From positions 32,001 to 96,000 of IMG/VR virus record IMGVR_UViG_3300031998_000024: a DNA stretch of 64,000 nt. One strand, written 5' to 3'. Below, one piece after another: positions 48,895-58,685 of the stretch. Made by a program: the position numbers and the translations under genes. The notes under the pieces were generated by a model, which ran no database searches, had not been told where the DNA came from, and saw only the letters and a list, made by a program, of their open reading frames with translations. Within the stretch, counting starts at the first letter, position 1. Each line of letters starts with the position of its first letter. This stretch comes from a virus (taxonomy: Duplodnaviria > Caudoviricetes).

Positions 48895-48939
48895 AATCCA
48901 TCGTTTTTAAGAAAAGAATTTAATTAAAAAGAAGTAGAT

Positions 48940-50148
48940 ATGATTGAAAAGAATTTAGAAGTTTTTGAGCCTGAAAATGGGTTTGTTCAAACAGAGAATT
49001 TTGCTAAACAGTATCCAAGAATTAACAATTTTATTCTCAATAACCAAGATGGTTGGGATGAAAGTCGTGATGGTAAGGTTAGAGAAATTTTGGATTTCAA
49101 AACAACGCTGCTTAATCCTTATAAAAGGATGGTTGGTGGACAAAAAAGAAACATTAATGTGTTTTTTCTACTTGCTGAAGCGATGTGGATTTTTGCGGGT
49201 CATAAGGATGTTTCGTTTCTCACAGCATTCAATAAAAAGATGGGCGATTTTTCGGATGACGGTAATGTATTCCACGCGCCATACGGATTCCGTTTGCGTC
49301 ACTGGGGAGTTCGTTCTGAAGACAAATTCGTTGAAGAAAATATGCACATTGCTCAAGGGTATGACCAAATTTCTGATGCGGTAAAGATTTTTCAAAATAA
49401 TCCTAATAGCCGTCAGGTTGTTCTTGCTATTTGGAATCCTGATTTTGACCTTGGTACTATTACTAAGGATATTCCGTGCAACGATATTGTTATAATGAAA
49501 ATCCGTAATGGTAAACTTTATACAACTGTTCAGAATCGTAGTAATGATTTACATTGGGGATTGCCTACTAATATTTTCCAGTTTGGATTTTTGAGCGAGA
49601 TTTTGGCTAATGTTCTTGGTGTTACTCTTGGAACGCAAACACATAATTCTCATAGCCTACATATTTATGATTGGAATCAGATAGCGTTTACAATGCAATC
49701 TGAATACGAAAGCGGTAATCAAACAACGCTTTATGAAATTCCTAATATAGTCGCTATTCCAATGGATATTGATTTCGATAATCAGATTGCTGGAAATAGA
49801 TTGAGGGAGGTTGATATTATGATTGAAAGAATTATATCAAACCTTACCAAAATAATTAATGGCGTAGAGCCTAATGAAGAGGAGGTAGCAGATACGATTA
49901 GTAAGTCAAAATGGTTTACTTGCGTTTATAGGATGCTTGAAATTTATTTGAATTACAAAAAGGATATTGCTAAGGATTTCAGTGCTGAAGAAAAGAAGGA
50001 TTGCGCTAAATTTGCCTTGGATTCTATTTACAGCGTTCTTATAAGTAAAGAAATGGAAAATTGGGATATTGGTACATTAGCGGTTAATTTCTTTGCTCAT
50101 AGAATAGGCGATGAACCAAAACCAGAAATTTTAATTGGTAAGTTATGA
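48940..50148 (+). CDS. thymidylate synthase-family enzyme, probable dUMP hydroxymethylase
   Basis: FSDDG...APYG.R, SRQVV..IW, KDIPCN (catalytic Cys), NRSND..WGLPTN (Asn implies dUMP specificity), SLHIY. Confidence 0.8.
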   Translation: MIEKNLEVFEPENGFVQTENFAKQYPRINNFILNNQDGWDESRDGKVREILDFKTTLLNPYKRMVGGQKRNINVFFLLAEAMWIFAGHKDVSFLTAFNKKMGDFSDDGNVFHAPYGFRLRHWGVRSEDKFVEENMHIAQGYDQISDAVKIFQNNPNSRQVVLAIWNPDFDLGTITKDIPCNDIVIMKIRNGKLYTTVQNRSNDLHWGLPTNIFQFGFLSEILANVLGVTLGTQTHNSHSLHIYDWNQIAFTMQSEYESGNQTTLYEIPNIVAIPMDIDFDNQIAGNRLREVDIMIERIISNLTKIINGVEPNEEEVADTISKSKWFTCVYRMLEIYLNYKKDIAKDFSAEEKKDCAKFALDSIYSVLISKEMENWDIGTLAVNFFAHRIGDEPKPEILIGKL

Positions 50149-51821
50149 TTGACGAAAATCTCAGAAATTGGGTTTCAGATAACAAAATGATAATATCGGA
50201 GTCATCGCAAGGCGATTCCGATATTATTTTGATTGATGGTGTAGGTAAGTTTCTTTATATACATCCATTTGGCGGTAATATTATTGATGAAGATTTCGGG
50301 TTTATAATGTCGGATGAAGAATTTGAATTATGCGACAATAAACAGGTTGATTATATACTATTTGAATTTGGTGGTAAGTTTTATTATTCACCGCTGAAAG
50401 AAGATAGGAGTAAGTACAACGAAATAATTTATAAACCTGAATTCAATGATTTCAAATATCTTGGTAAGTGTTCTGAAGATTTAGTTATGCCGTTTGTTCA
50501 TCTTGGTGTTCACGATGAGTATGAGATGATGAATGGTAGCGGTAATGCTAAATTATGGGCTCAAAAGGCTGCTTTTTTAGGATATAAGGCTTTGGGACTT
50601 TCTGATTGTAATACCTTAGCAGGAACACTTGCGTTTCAGGAGGCTTGCGATAAATATAAATTACAACCAGTTATTGGTGAAACCGTAATTGTTGCTAAAA
50701 ATTATAATCCCGATAGTTCGGTGATGCCTGAAACATTTGAATTGAAGTTATTCGTTACTAATGATGTCGGTTGGAAAAATCTTTTATTTATTAGCAAGGA
50801 AATAAATGTGAAATACAAGGGTTTTATTCCCGATGAAATACTTTTCCAATACGCTGATGGATTAGTGGCAGTAATACCACCCGCAAGTCTTTTTAACAAC
50901 ATTAGTAGTGATATAGATTCTACTAATAAATTGATAAAGTTGTATAAGAAACATTTTGTCGATTTATATTATCAAATTGATACAGTTGAATACAATTCTA
51001 AAACGCTTTTCAAGAAACATCTTTCAGCAATAGATAGATATTTATGCAATTATCGTAAAAAGATAAAGCCGATTGTTATTAATGATTCTTATTATCTTGA
51101 TGCGGAAGAACATGAATTAAAATCTATGTTGAATAAAATTACTGGTAAGGTTAATGCTGAATCTGAAGACCAGTATTTCAAAAGCGTTGGAGATACGCTT
51201 GCTTCATATGACGATTGGTTTGATGATGTAGAGCCTTTATTTGATGCTATTATTGTCGGTATAGAAAACACAAATAAATTAGCAGAACAATGTAATTTCC
51301 GTATCAACAATTCAGATAGAAAAATCCCTAAGTTTGAAGTTGATGACCCTGAAGCGTTTTTCTTTGATGTTCTTCAAAAGGGTATAAATGACAAGTTAGT
51401 TGGCAAGATTCCTGAAAAGGATATGGAGCAATATATGAAAAGAATAGAGTTTGAATGTTCAATCATTGTTCCTAATGATTTGTGTTCATATTTACTTATT
51501 CTTTGGGATATTATTCAGTGGTGTAAATCTGAGGGATATATGGTTGGTCCAGGTCGTGGTTCTGTTTGTGGTTCGTTAGTAGCGTATTGTATGGACATTA
51601 CTCAAGTTGACCCTATTCCGAATGGTTTGTATTTTGAAAGATTTTTGAATATTGCTCGTATAGCAGCACACCATAGTTATACATTAACAATGGAAGATGG
51701 TTCTGAGTATAAGTTTAATGATGGTGACCGTGTTCCGATAGTTGGCGGAGGTTTTGTTGAAGTTTCTAAGGAAACGAATTGGGATGATTTAGATATTGAT
51801 GTTAAGGCAATAGTTTTATAA
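50145..51821 (+). CDS. dnaE: DNA polymerase III alpha, N-terminal fragment (PHP + start of palm)
   Basis: FVHLGVH PHP start; GPGRGSVCGSLVAY..DITQVDP...FERFLN. Confidence 0.92.
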   Translation: MIDENLRNWVSDNKMIISESSQGDSDIILIDGVGKFLYIHPFGGNIIDEDFGFIMSDEEFELCDNKQVDYILFEFGGKFYYSPLKEDRSKYNEIIYKPEFNDFKYLGKCSEDLVMPFVHLGVHDEYEMMNGSGNAKLWAQKAAFLGYKALGLSDCNTLAGTLAFQEACDKYKLQPVIGETVIVAKNYNPDSSVMPETFELKLFVTNDVGWKNLLFISKEINVKYKGFIPDEILFQYADGLVAVIPPASLFNNISSDIDSTNKLIKLYKKHFVDLYYQIDTVEYNSKTLFKKHLSAIDRYLCNYRKKIKPIVINDSYYLDAEEHELKSMLNKITGKVNAESEDQYFKSVGDTLASYDDWFDDVEPLFDAIIVGIENTNKLAEQCNFRINNSDRKIPKFEVDDPEAFFFDVLQKGINDKLVGKIPEKDMEQYMKRIEFECSIIVPNDLCSYLLILWDIIQWCKSEGYMVGPGRGSVCGSLVAYCMDITQVDPIPNGLYFERFLNIARIAAHHSYTLTMEDGSEYKFNDGDRVPIVGGGFVEVSKETNWDDLDIDVKAIVL

Positions 51822-51832
51822 ACATATTTATC

Positions 51833-52564
51833 ATGAATTTTACTTGTTTTAATATGGAGTGGGAGCCTACCATGGAAGGTGGTAGGTTAATACACACAAA
51901 ACAACCTTGGATGTGGTATGACGCAAGTCAAATTTGGGTTAGTGAAAATGAAATGAAGTTATGGGTTGAGAAGAAACCTAATACAATACATCATTGGGAT
52001 GGTAAAACATATAATCCGAAAATTGCGGTTGGAATAGCGAGGTCTGTGAAAACATTCCTTCGCGGTAACTTTTCAGCAGAAATAATGATGCCAAGCGGTA
52101 AAAATCTATGGCCATCGTTTTGGTTAGTTGGAGCAGATAAAGATTGGCCATTATGCGGTGAAATAGATATTGTAGAATCATGGAGTAATCGTTGCAGTAG
52201 TTATTTTAGATTCACTATTCCACAGCCTCCGTATTTAGTGCCATCGTGGAAAACTACTACAAATGTGCATTGGTCTGAGAATGGTGAATATAAATATACT
52301 GGTTCACGGAGTTTGCCGTTAATATTTTCTTTGAAGAATCCAAGTAATACATTTGTTAAATACGAATTGATTTGGGAATCGGATAGAATTTTGTTTTTAG
52401 TTGATGGTAAAACAATTCGTTGTTATGGTTATGATGTAGCGAAACATTTGAGTAATTCACTGCAGAGAGTTATTTTCAATAATTGGGTTCAAGGTGAAGA
52501 TTGTTCGTTAAAACAACCAATGATTATACGGAATTTTAAATATGAACCATTAGTATGTATTTGA
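51833..52564 (+). CDS. glycoside hydrolase family 16 protein
   Basis: WPSFWL...WP.CGEIDIVE (ExDxxE), YELIW...FLVDG. Confidence 0.85.
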   Translation: MNFTCFNMEWEPTMEGGRLIHTKQPWMWYDASQIWVSENEMKLWVEKKPNTIHHWDGKTYNPKIAVGIARSVKTFLRGNFSAEIMMPSGKNLWPSFWLVGADKDWPLCGEIDIVESWSNRCSSYFRFTIPQPPYLVPSWKTTTNVHWSENGEYKYTGSRSLPLIFSLKNPSNTFVKYELIWESDRILFLVDGKTIRCYGYDVAKHLSNSLQRVIFNNWVQGEDCSLKQPMIIRNFKYEPLVCI

Positions 52565-52565
52565 T

Positions 52566-54647
52566 ATGAAAGTTAGGTCTGTAAAGGTTAAAAAATTCTA
52601 TCAAGATACACCCGATATAGATGTCGATTTTGAGCCAGTTGCTCGTGACGCTGTGAAGGATTATATTGTTCGCAAATACGGAAGTGCTTGGTCTTGTAGT
52701 GTATCTACTTACACACGTGTGAAGTTGAAAACCGCCATAAAGGATTTTGGTAAGGTTGAGGGATTGCCGTTTGATTTGACCAATAAGGTTACAAAGGATA
52801 TTGATGACCAAATTGAATACACTTGGGGTGATTTAATAGAATTTGGTTCAAGGTCTAAAACGCTTTATAAATTCATTCAGGAAAATCCTGAAATAATACA
52901 TTTGACCAAATATGCTTTGATGATACCGAAGGCTGAAAGTATTCACCCTTCTGCTTATATAATAGTACCTAAACAAAATTCAGATGGAGAGAAAACCGAT
53001 ATTTTCAATCTAATGCCTATGAAGGAAATTGATGGGCTTTTAGTTTGTGAATGGGAGGGTAAGTACACTGAAAGTTCTTTGTTCTTGAAAGAGGATATTT
53101 TAGGACTATCTCAATTGACTAAGATACACAACATCATGAAGTTAATTGAGAAACATTATGGCACAAAAATAGATGTTACGCAAATTCCGTTTGACGACAA
53201 AGAGGTTTTTAAGTTCTTCAAAAGAGGATGGTGTGAAGATGTATTTCAGTTCGGAACAACTGGTTTGATGGGTTATTGTCGTCAGGTTAAACCAAGTCAA
53301 TTATCGGATTTAATTGCTATGACCGCTTTATTCAGACCTGGTCCAATGGAGAGTAACGCTCATCAAGATTTTGCCGATATTAAGAATGGAAGGAAAAAAC
53401 CTAAATACGATTATGGTATTCAAAATATAACAGAGGAAACATATTCACTTTTGGTGTACCAAGAGCAAATGATGTCTATCATTCACCAGTTAGGAGGGTT
53501 ATCGCTTATTGATGCTGAAAATGCGAGAAAATACATCAAGAAAAAGGCTCATAAGGAATTGAATGAGTTGGGTGATAGATTTATAGCAGGTGCTATTAGC
53601 AATGGATGTCCTGAAAAAGAGGCTAAGAAGATTTGGGATAAGATGAACGCTTTTAGTTCTTACAGTTTCAATAAGAGTCATGCTGCTGCTTATAGTTATA
53701 TTTCATATTGGTCAATGTGGTTTAAGGTTAATTATCCGCTTGAATTTTGGACTGTTTCTTTGAGCGAAAGTAAGGAAACTGAAATACCATATAGATTAGC
53801 TGAAATGAAAAAGGCTGGAGTTGAGGTTGAAGTAAGACCGCCTGATGTTAATTATTCAACCGATTATTTCACTTGTGACCCCAAGGAGCAACGAATATTC
53901 TTCAGTTTGAATAAGATTAAGGGTGTTGGTGATGTAGCGGTTGCTTCATTATTGAAAGAGCGTAACGAACATGGTCAGTTTTTTGATTTCGATGAGTTTC
54001 TTTCAAGAGTTCCTGGTAAGGTGAATAAGACTGTTATCAAGGGTTTGATAGTTGGCGGAGCGTTTGATTTATTGTGTGATATAAAACAACCGCGTGATAG
54101 AAAGAAATTATTAGAGCGTTATTTGATTGATATCAAAAAAGATTCTGAACTACCTGAGCCGTATAATTCACCCGATTCTTTGACTAATGCATTTTGGATT
54201 CAAGAGCAAAAGCGTTTGACTGGTTTTGGTGAAATTGATTACGAAAACTATATAAAGGATTTGATTCCAAATAAGCGGTTTGTAAGTCTTTATGTAGATG
54301 AAAACGAATTTGAAAGAGTTCCTGAAAAGAAGGAGGTTGTACTGGCTGGTAAGTTTTTGTTTTATCGTGAAAGTAATACTAAGAATGGTGTTATGGGTAC
54401 AATACAACTTGATTGTAATAATACCATTATTAATTGCACTATTTGGCCTGATATTTGGCAACTTTATAGGGAAGAAATTGAAGATTACAAGGGTAGGATA
54501 ATAGCATTAAACGGATTCGCTCAGAAGGACAAGTTCAGAAATGAAAAGCGTTTATTTTCAAATGATAGAACAAAAATTTATGTTATTAGTGAGAGTAAGA
54601 CAGCGTTAAATAGATTACAAGAATGGCGTAATTCAAAAAAGATTTAA
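52566..54647 (+). CDS. dnaE: DNA polymerase III alpha, C-terminal fragment
   Basis: PDIDVDF, KEDILGL, VFQF, ALFRPGP, VYQEQMM, YSFNKSHAAAY, OB fold. Confidence 0.95.
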   Translation: MKVRSVKVKKFYQDTPDIDVDFEPVARDAVKDYIVRKYGSAWSCSVSTYTRVKLKTAIKDFGKVEGLPFDLTNKVTKDIDDQIEYTWGDLIEFGSRSKTLYKFIQENPEIIHLTKYALMIPKAESIHPSAYIIVPKQNSDGEKTDIFNLMPMKEIDGLLVCEWEGKYTESSLFLKEDILGLSQLTKIHNIMKLIEKHYGTKIDVTQIPFDDKEVFKFFKRGWCEDVFQFGTTGLMGYCRQVKPSQLSDLIAMTALFRPGPMESNAHQDFADIKNGRKKPKYDYGIQNITEETYSLLVYQEQMMSIIHQLGGLSLIDAENARKYIKKKAHKELNELGDRFIAGAISNGCPEKEAKKIWDKMNAFSSYSFNKSHAAAYSYISYWSMWFKVNYPLEFWTVSLSESKETEIPYRLAEMKKAGVEVEVRPPDVNYSTDYFTCDPKEQRIFFSLNKIKGVGDVAVASLLKERNEHGQFFDFDEFLSRVPGKVNKTVIKGLIVGGAFDLLCDIKQPRDRKKLLERYLIDIKKDSELPEPYNSPDSLTNAFWIQEQKRLTGFGEIDYENYIKDLIPNKRFVSLYVDENEFERVPEKKEVVLAGKFLFYRESNTKNGVMGTIQLDCNNTIINCTIWPDIWQLYREEIEDYKGRIIALNGFAQKDKFRNEKRLFSNDRTKIYVISESKTALNRLQEWRNSKKI

Positions 54648-54651
54648 TATT

Positions 54652-55305
54652 ATGATTGAAAAAATTGTAAATGGTAGTTATCTAAAAAGGATTGATAACA
54701 TTATTCAGTGGCAGGAGCGCGATGTGTTTAACAAAGAGAGTGTTTCTCAGCATTCGTACAAAGTGAGCGTTTTTGTTAGGATTTTATTGGAAGATATTTT
54801 CAATAATCCTGATTGTAGCAAGAATTTTGAAATTCAAAATTTCAAATTAGATTGCGTAACTCATGCGATGTTTCATGATTGGGATGAGGCGATTTTTATG
54901 CGTGATTTATCTCATGCAATTAAGTATAATGATTTCAACGGCAATCAAATTCGTCAGGTTATTGATGATTATGTGAAACACGAATTTGTAAAAGAGTTCG
55001 ATACCTATCAGGATACATGCGCTTATAAAGTGTTAGCACCAGCGGTAGTTTGTTTGAATCCTTGCGTTAAAAAGGTTGTTAAGTTAGGAGATTGGCTTGC
55101 TTTACTTTTTTATTGCAGAAGGGAAATAGCATTAGAAAATGCGAATTTTGAAAAAACATATATGTATTGCCGCCACAGTGTTATTAAAGCAGCGCAAGAT
55201 GTTGTTGAAGTTATAGACCAAAGATTTGGTATTGATGCGAGTAATTTAATTGAAACTATACAAACAATTCTAAAAAGTTCTGTTTATGGAGAAAATGACT
55301 ATTGA
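54652..55305 (+). CDS. HD-domain 5'-deoxynucleotidase (YfbR-like)
   Basis: ESVSQHSY, MFHDWDE..D, VKLGD. Confidence 0.8.
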   Translation: MIEKIVNGSYLKRIDNIIQWQERDVFNKESVSQHSYKVSVFVRILLEDIFNNPDCSKNFEIQNFKLDCVTHAMFHDWDEAIFMRDLSHAIKYNDFNGNQIRQVIDDYVKHEFVKEFDTYQDTCAYKVLAPAVVCLNPCVKKVVKLGDWLALLFYCRREIALENANFEKTYMYCRHSVIKAAQDVVEVIDQRFGIDASNLIETIQTILKSSVYGENDY

Positions 55306-55642
55306 AGAAGTTTCCGCAATGATGACGGAAATAGAGCAAAAAGAGCCGAATGTCGCACAAGCGATAGGAATGGTTGTTAAACACATACACGGCACCTATT
55401 CAGACAAATACGCTAAGGGTCAGGATATGGGTGTTGATACGAAAAAGATGCTTTATCATCCTATTGGCGGTAAATTTATCAACGAATATCAGATTGCCAG
55501 ATATTTACAGCGTTATGTAACTTCAGGAACAAAGAAAAGCGGTTTATTGATTGATTTGATGAAAATGATTCATTATGCCGTATTTGAAATTGTTCGTAGA
55601 ATAAACGCTAATCAACTTGAAATGAATGAACCAGCAAATTAA
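55286..55642 (+). CDS. DUF3310-like protein
   Basis: GTYSDKYA...ARYLQRY...DLMKMIHY pattern. Confidence 0.5.
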   Translation: MEKMTIEEVSAMMTEIEQKEPNVAQAIGMVVKHIHGTYSDKYAKGQDMGVDTKKMLYHPIGGKFINEYQIARYLQRYVTSGTKKSGLLIDLMKMIHYAVFEIVRRINANQLEMNEPAN

Positions 55643-55648
55643 ATCGTT

Positions 55649-56170
55649 ATGGACAAAAAAGTAATTAACATCAACGGTAAGCAGTATGTATTAACAATTG
55701 GTGATTTCGATAAGGAATTAGATATTGAGGACATCTTGAAAATAGATTATTCTAATTTGATTGGTGAACTCGTTACATTTCCTATTATTGAAAATCGTAT
55801 TGGTTTAATGCTTGCCGATGCTGAAAGTAAAGTTTCTGAGGTAAAGTTGAACAGAGACATTCTTGAAGCAAAACTCAAAGAAAAATATGCCTTACAATTA
55901 GCAGATGAAAACGGAGGTAAAAAGCCGACTGTCGATGCTATCAACGCTGCTGTTATGCAGGATAAGGGGTATCAAGCCGTATGTCGTTCTAAGATTGCTG
56001 CGGAAAAAGCAAGAGATTATGCTAATTCTTTGCTTTGGTCTGCTAAATCTAAGTCAAGCAAACTTGAAAAGTTATCCTTAACAATACAAAATCAAGAAGT
56101 TCCTGATGAGTTGTTAGAAGGAAAAATCAACAACATAGTTATTAAGAAAACAAAGAGAGTTATTGATTAA
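55649..56170 (+). CDS. recombination mediator (UvsY-like)
   Basis: Helical; KPTVDAINAAVMQDKGY; upstream of SSB and RecA. Confidence 0.55.
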   Translation: MDKKVININGKQYVLTIGDFDKELDIEDILKIDYSNLIGELVTFPIIENRIGLMLADAESKVSEVKLNRDILEAKLKEKYALQLADENGGKKPTVDAINAAVMQDKGYQAVCRSKIAAEKARDYANSLLWSAKSKSSKLEKLSLTIQNQEVPDELLEGKINNIVIKKTKRVID

Positions 56171-56187
56171 CAAATACCGATTAAATC

Positions 56188-57462
56188 ATGAGTAAAAATT
56201 CACTGAGAGACCAATTCAAACCTACAAGCGTTAAGAGTTTGAAGAGAGTTGCTGAAGAGGATGAAAAGATGTTGGGTATTGGTTCCAACGAATACCTTCA
56301 GCTGGAAGACAAGAAAACAATCAAGATTCGTATTTTCCCTGCTCATCCTGGGGTTGAGTCGTTCTACATTCGTCGTAAGTGTTATTGGCTACCATTCCAG
56401 CGTAATGATGGTGAAATGGGTCGCACGAGCGTCAATGATTCCGTTATCCACGGTGGCACTAAGATGGATTTGATTGACGAATACATGAAGTTTGCCCGTA
56501 AGATTGTTGGCAACGATGCTGATAAGATTGACGCGCTTACTGGCCGTGATGGTCTTACACCTTCTTACAGTTGGATTTGTTATGCTGATAAGGTTCAGCC
56601 TGACACTGAATTGAAGGCTAAATTATGGGAGTTCCGTAAGGTTGTCCGTGATGCTTTGAATCGTTTGACCTTTACTGAAGACGATGATGAGGCTATTGAA
56701 ACTGACCCGTTCACCGATATTGACGAGGGTTTGCCCGTCATGGTGAGTTACAATAAGACACCTAATCGTAAGAAGGGTGAGAATTATTACGATGTAGCAT
56801 TTGCTAAGAAACCTGTTCCAAGACCTTTGAGCGATGCTGAACTTGAATATTTCAGCACTTTGACTCCTTTGAATGAAGTTCTTGGTAAGTATAGCATTAA
56901 TGACTTTGAAAGAGCGTTGGCTGGTCTTCAGATTTTCGATGAGGAAAACGAGATTGGTTTGTTTGACAACGATGATTGGCTTGAAAAGGTTGAAGAAATT
57001 CGTGCTCAGTATGATTCTGACGATAGCGATGAAGAGAAACCTAAGAAGAAGTCTGTGAAAAAGACTGTAAAGAATCAAGACGATGACGATGATGACGAGC
57101 CTGAAGAGAAGCCCGCAAAGAAGTCTAAGAAGCAGGTTGAAGACGATGACGATGAAGATGAAAAGCCGTCAAAGGATTCAGAAGAGGATGAAGAGGATGA
57201 AGACGAAGATGAAAACAACGGTGGTGATTCCGATGATGACGATGAATTTGCAGATATGGACAGAAGCGAGTTGAAGAAGTACATCAAGGAAAAAGGCTTA
57301 GATGTTTCTGTCAAGAAGTCTATGAGCGATGACGATTTGCGTGAAGCCGTTAGAGCCGCAATGAAGGAAAATTCTGACGATGATGAAGACGATTCAGAAG
57401 ATGATGAGCCGAAGTCAAAAGTGTCGTTGGCTGATATTCGTAAAAAATTAGCAAGAAAGTAA
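56188..57462 (+). CDS. single-stranded DNA-binding protein (gp32-like) with long acidic tail
   Basis: IRIFP, DPFTDIDEG, YYDV; acidic tail with a small helical DMDRSELKKYI domain. Confidence 0.75.
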   Translation: MSKNSLRDQFKPTSVKSLKRVAEEDEKMLGIGSNEYLQLEDKKTIKIRIFPAHPGVESFYIRRKCYWLPFQRNDGEMGRTSVNDSVIHGGTKMDLIDEYMKFARKIVGNDADKIDALTGRDGLTPSYSWICYADKVQPDTELKAKLWEFRKVVRDALNRLTFTEDDDEAIETDPFTDIDEGLPVMVSYNKTPNRKKGENYYDVAFAKKPVPRPLSDAELEYFSTLTPLNEVLGKYSINDFERALAGLQIFDEENEIGLFDNDDWLEKVEEIRAQYDSDDSDEEKPKKKSVKKTVKNQDDDDDDEPEEKPAKKSKKQVEDDDDEDEKPSKDSEEDEEDEDEDENNGGDSDDDDEFADMDRSELKKYIKEKGLDVSVKKSMSDDDLREAVRAAMKENSDDDEDDSEDDEPKSKVSLADIRKKLARK

Positions 57463-57496
57463 TTTTAGTTGAACATTGAATTTGTTAATTACTTGT

Positions 57497-57530
57497 ATGG
57501 GGCTGGATTTCGGTTCAGCCCATCGTTTTT
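57497..57530 (+). terminator. intrinsic terminator
   Basis: GGGCTGGA-TTTCGG-TTCAGCCC plus T-run. Confidence 0.75.
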
Positions 57531-57557
57531 ATATAAAAGTATAAATTTCATTATGTT

Positions 57558-58685
57558 ATGGCAAATATTATAGACAAATTAGTGAAAAAATTTGATAGTG
57601 ATAAAATTATCAAATTTTCAGAAAAAGATTCTTTTTCATCAATGCAATCTTGGGCTCATACTGGTTCACCGAGTTTAGATTTCAACCTTTCAACATTCGG
57701 ATTGCCTACTGGCATTGTTGAGATTTCTGGTAATAGTCGTTCAGGTAAAACAACAATAGCATTACAATCAATGGCTAATTTTCAAAAAGAGAATGGCGAT
57801 GATGCTGTATGTGTTATACTATCCAGTGAGAATCGTGATAATAAGGATTACGCAAGGCGTATAGGAGTTAATGTAGATAAGGTGTTAATTGTTAAAATAA
57901 CCTTTGTAGAAGAAATGTTTATGCTTGTAAAACAAATTATTGACGAGGTTAATGATATATATGACGAGCAGGGTAATAAGGGCAAGCCTAAATTTTTCTT
58001 TATATGGGATTCTCTTGGTGCTACATTATCTTTGAATGAAAGAGATACTATGGAGGAAAATGTATCTATGCTGGAAAAGAAAATGCAGAAGGGAGAAACG
58101 CTTGATGAGTTAAAGCACGAGAAAATCGGAGTGTTTGCAAAAGAGGCTAAGAAATTTGCAAAATACATTTTGTCGTTAGCGTATAGCAATATCATACATT
58201 TTGTAATACTTAATCATGTTTATGATACTATTACTGGTATGGGTATTTCAACTAAGAAAAGCACTGGCGGTGAATGGGTTGCTTATATTCCAACGCTTAG
58301 AATTTTGATGCAGATTAAGGGTATGGAAAAAGTTGGTGAAGAGGAGGTTGCTCAAATTAGTAAGGTTAAGGTTGTTAAAAATGATTTTGGCAGCCGTAAA
58401 ACAACCGAAATTCGTATATTGTTAGGAGAGGGTGTGATATTGTCTCAGGATGATATTGATTATGCTTTGGAACATAAGATTCTTCAACTTGAAGGTAAAA
58501 AGAAGGTTACTTTCATGAATGGTAAATTATCATGGAGTTCGCCAAGGGAATTTTTCCAACTTTATTACGATAGAAACAAGTTTTTGAAAGTCCTACATGC
58601 CAAGATTCGTAAATCAATGCAGTCTGATTTGCTTGCTTTGAAGGCTAAGTATAATGAAGAAAACGACATAGAAGATGAAGAGTAA
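57558..58685 (+). CDS. recA: RecA/UvsX recombinase
   Basis: TGSPSLD...GLPTGIVEISGNSRSGKT, IWDSLG, ILNH, KVVKN. Confidence 0.9.
   Translation: MANIIDKLVKKFDSDKIIKFSEKDSFSSMQSWAHTGSPSLDFNLSTFGLPTGIVEISGNSRSGKTTIALQSMANFQKENGDDAVCVILSSENRDNKDYARRIGVNVDKVLIVKITFVEEMFMLVKQIIDEVNDIYDEQGNKGKPKFFFIWDSLGATLSLNERDTMEENVSMLEKKMQKGETLDELKHEKIGVFAKEAKKFAKYILSLAYSNIIHFVILNHVYDTITGMGISTKKSTGGEWVAYIPTLRILMQIKGMEKVGEEEVAQISKVKVVKNDFGSRKTTEIRILLGEGVILSQDDIDYALEHKILQLEGKKKVTFMNGKLSWSSPREFFQLYYDRNKFLKVLHAKIRKSMQSDLLALKAKYNEENDIEDEE

Noticed and set aside
51660-52607. Functional split intein or group I intron in dnaE
   Set aside because: Splice-junction residues are absent, and the gap is filled by a coding gene with only 11 and 1 nt spacers, leaving no evident room for a ribozyme core.
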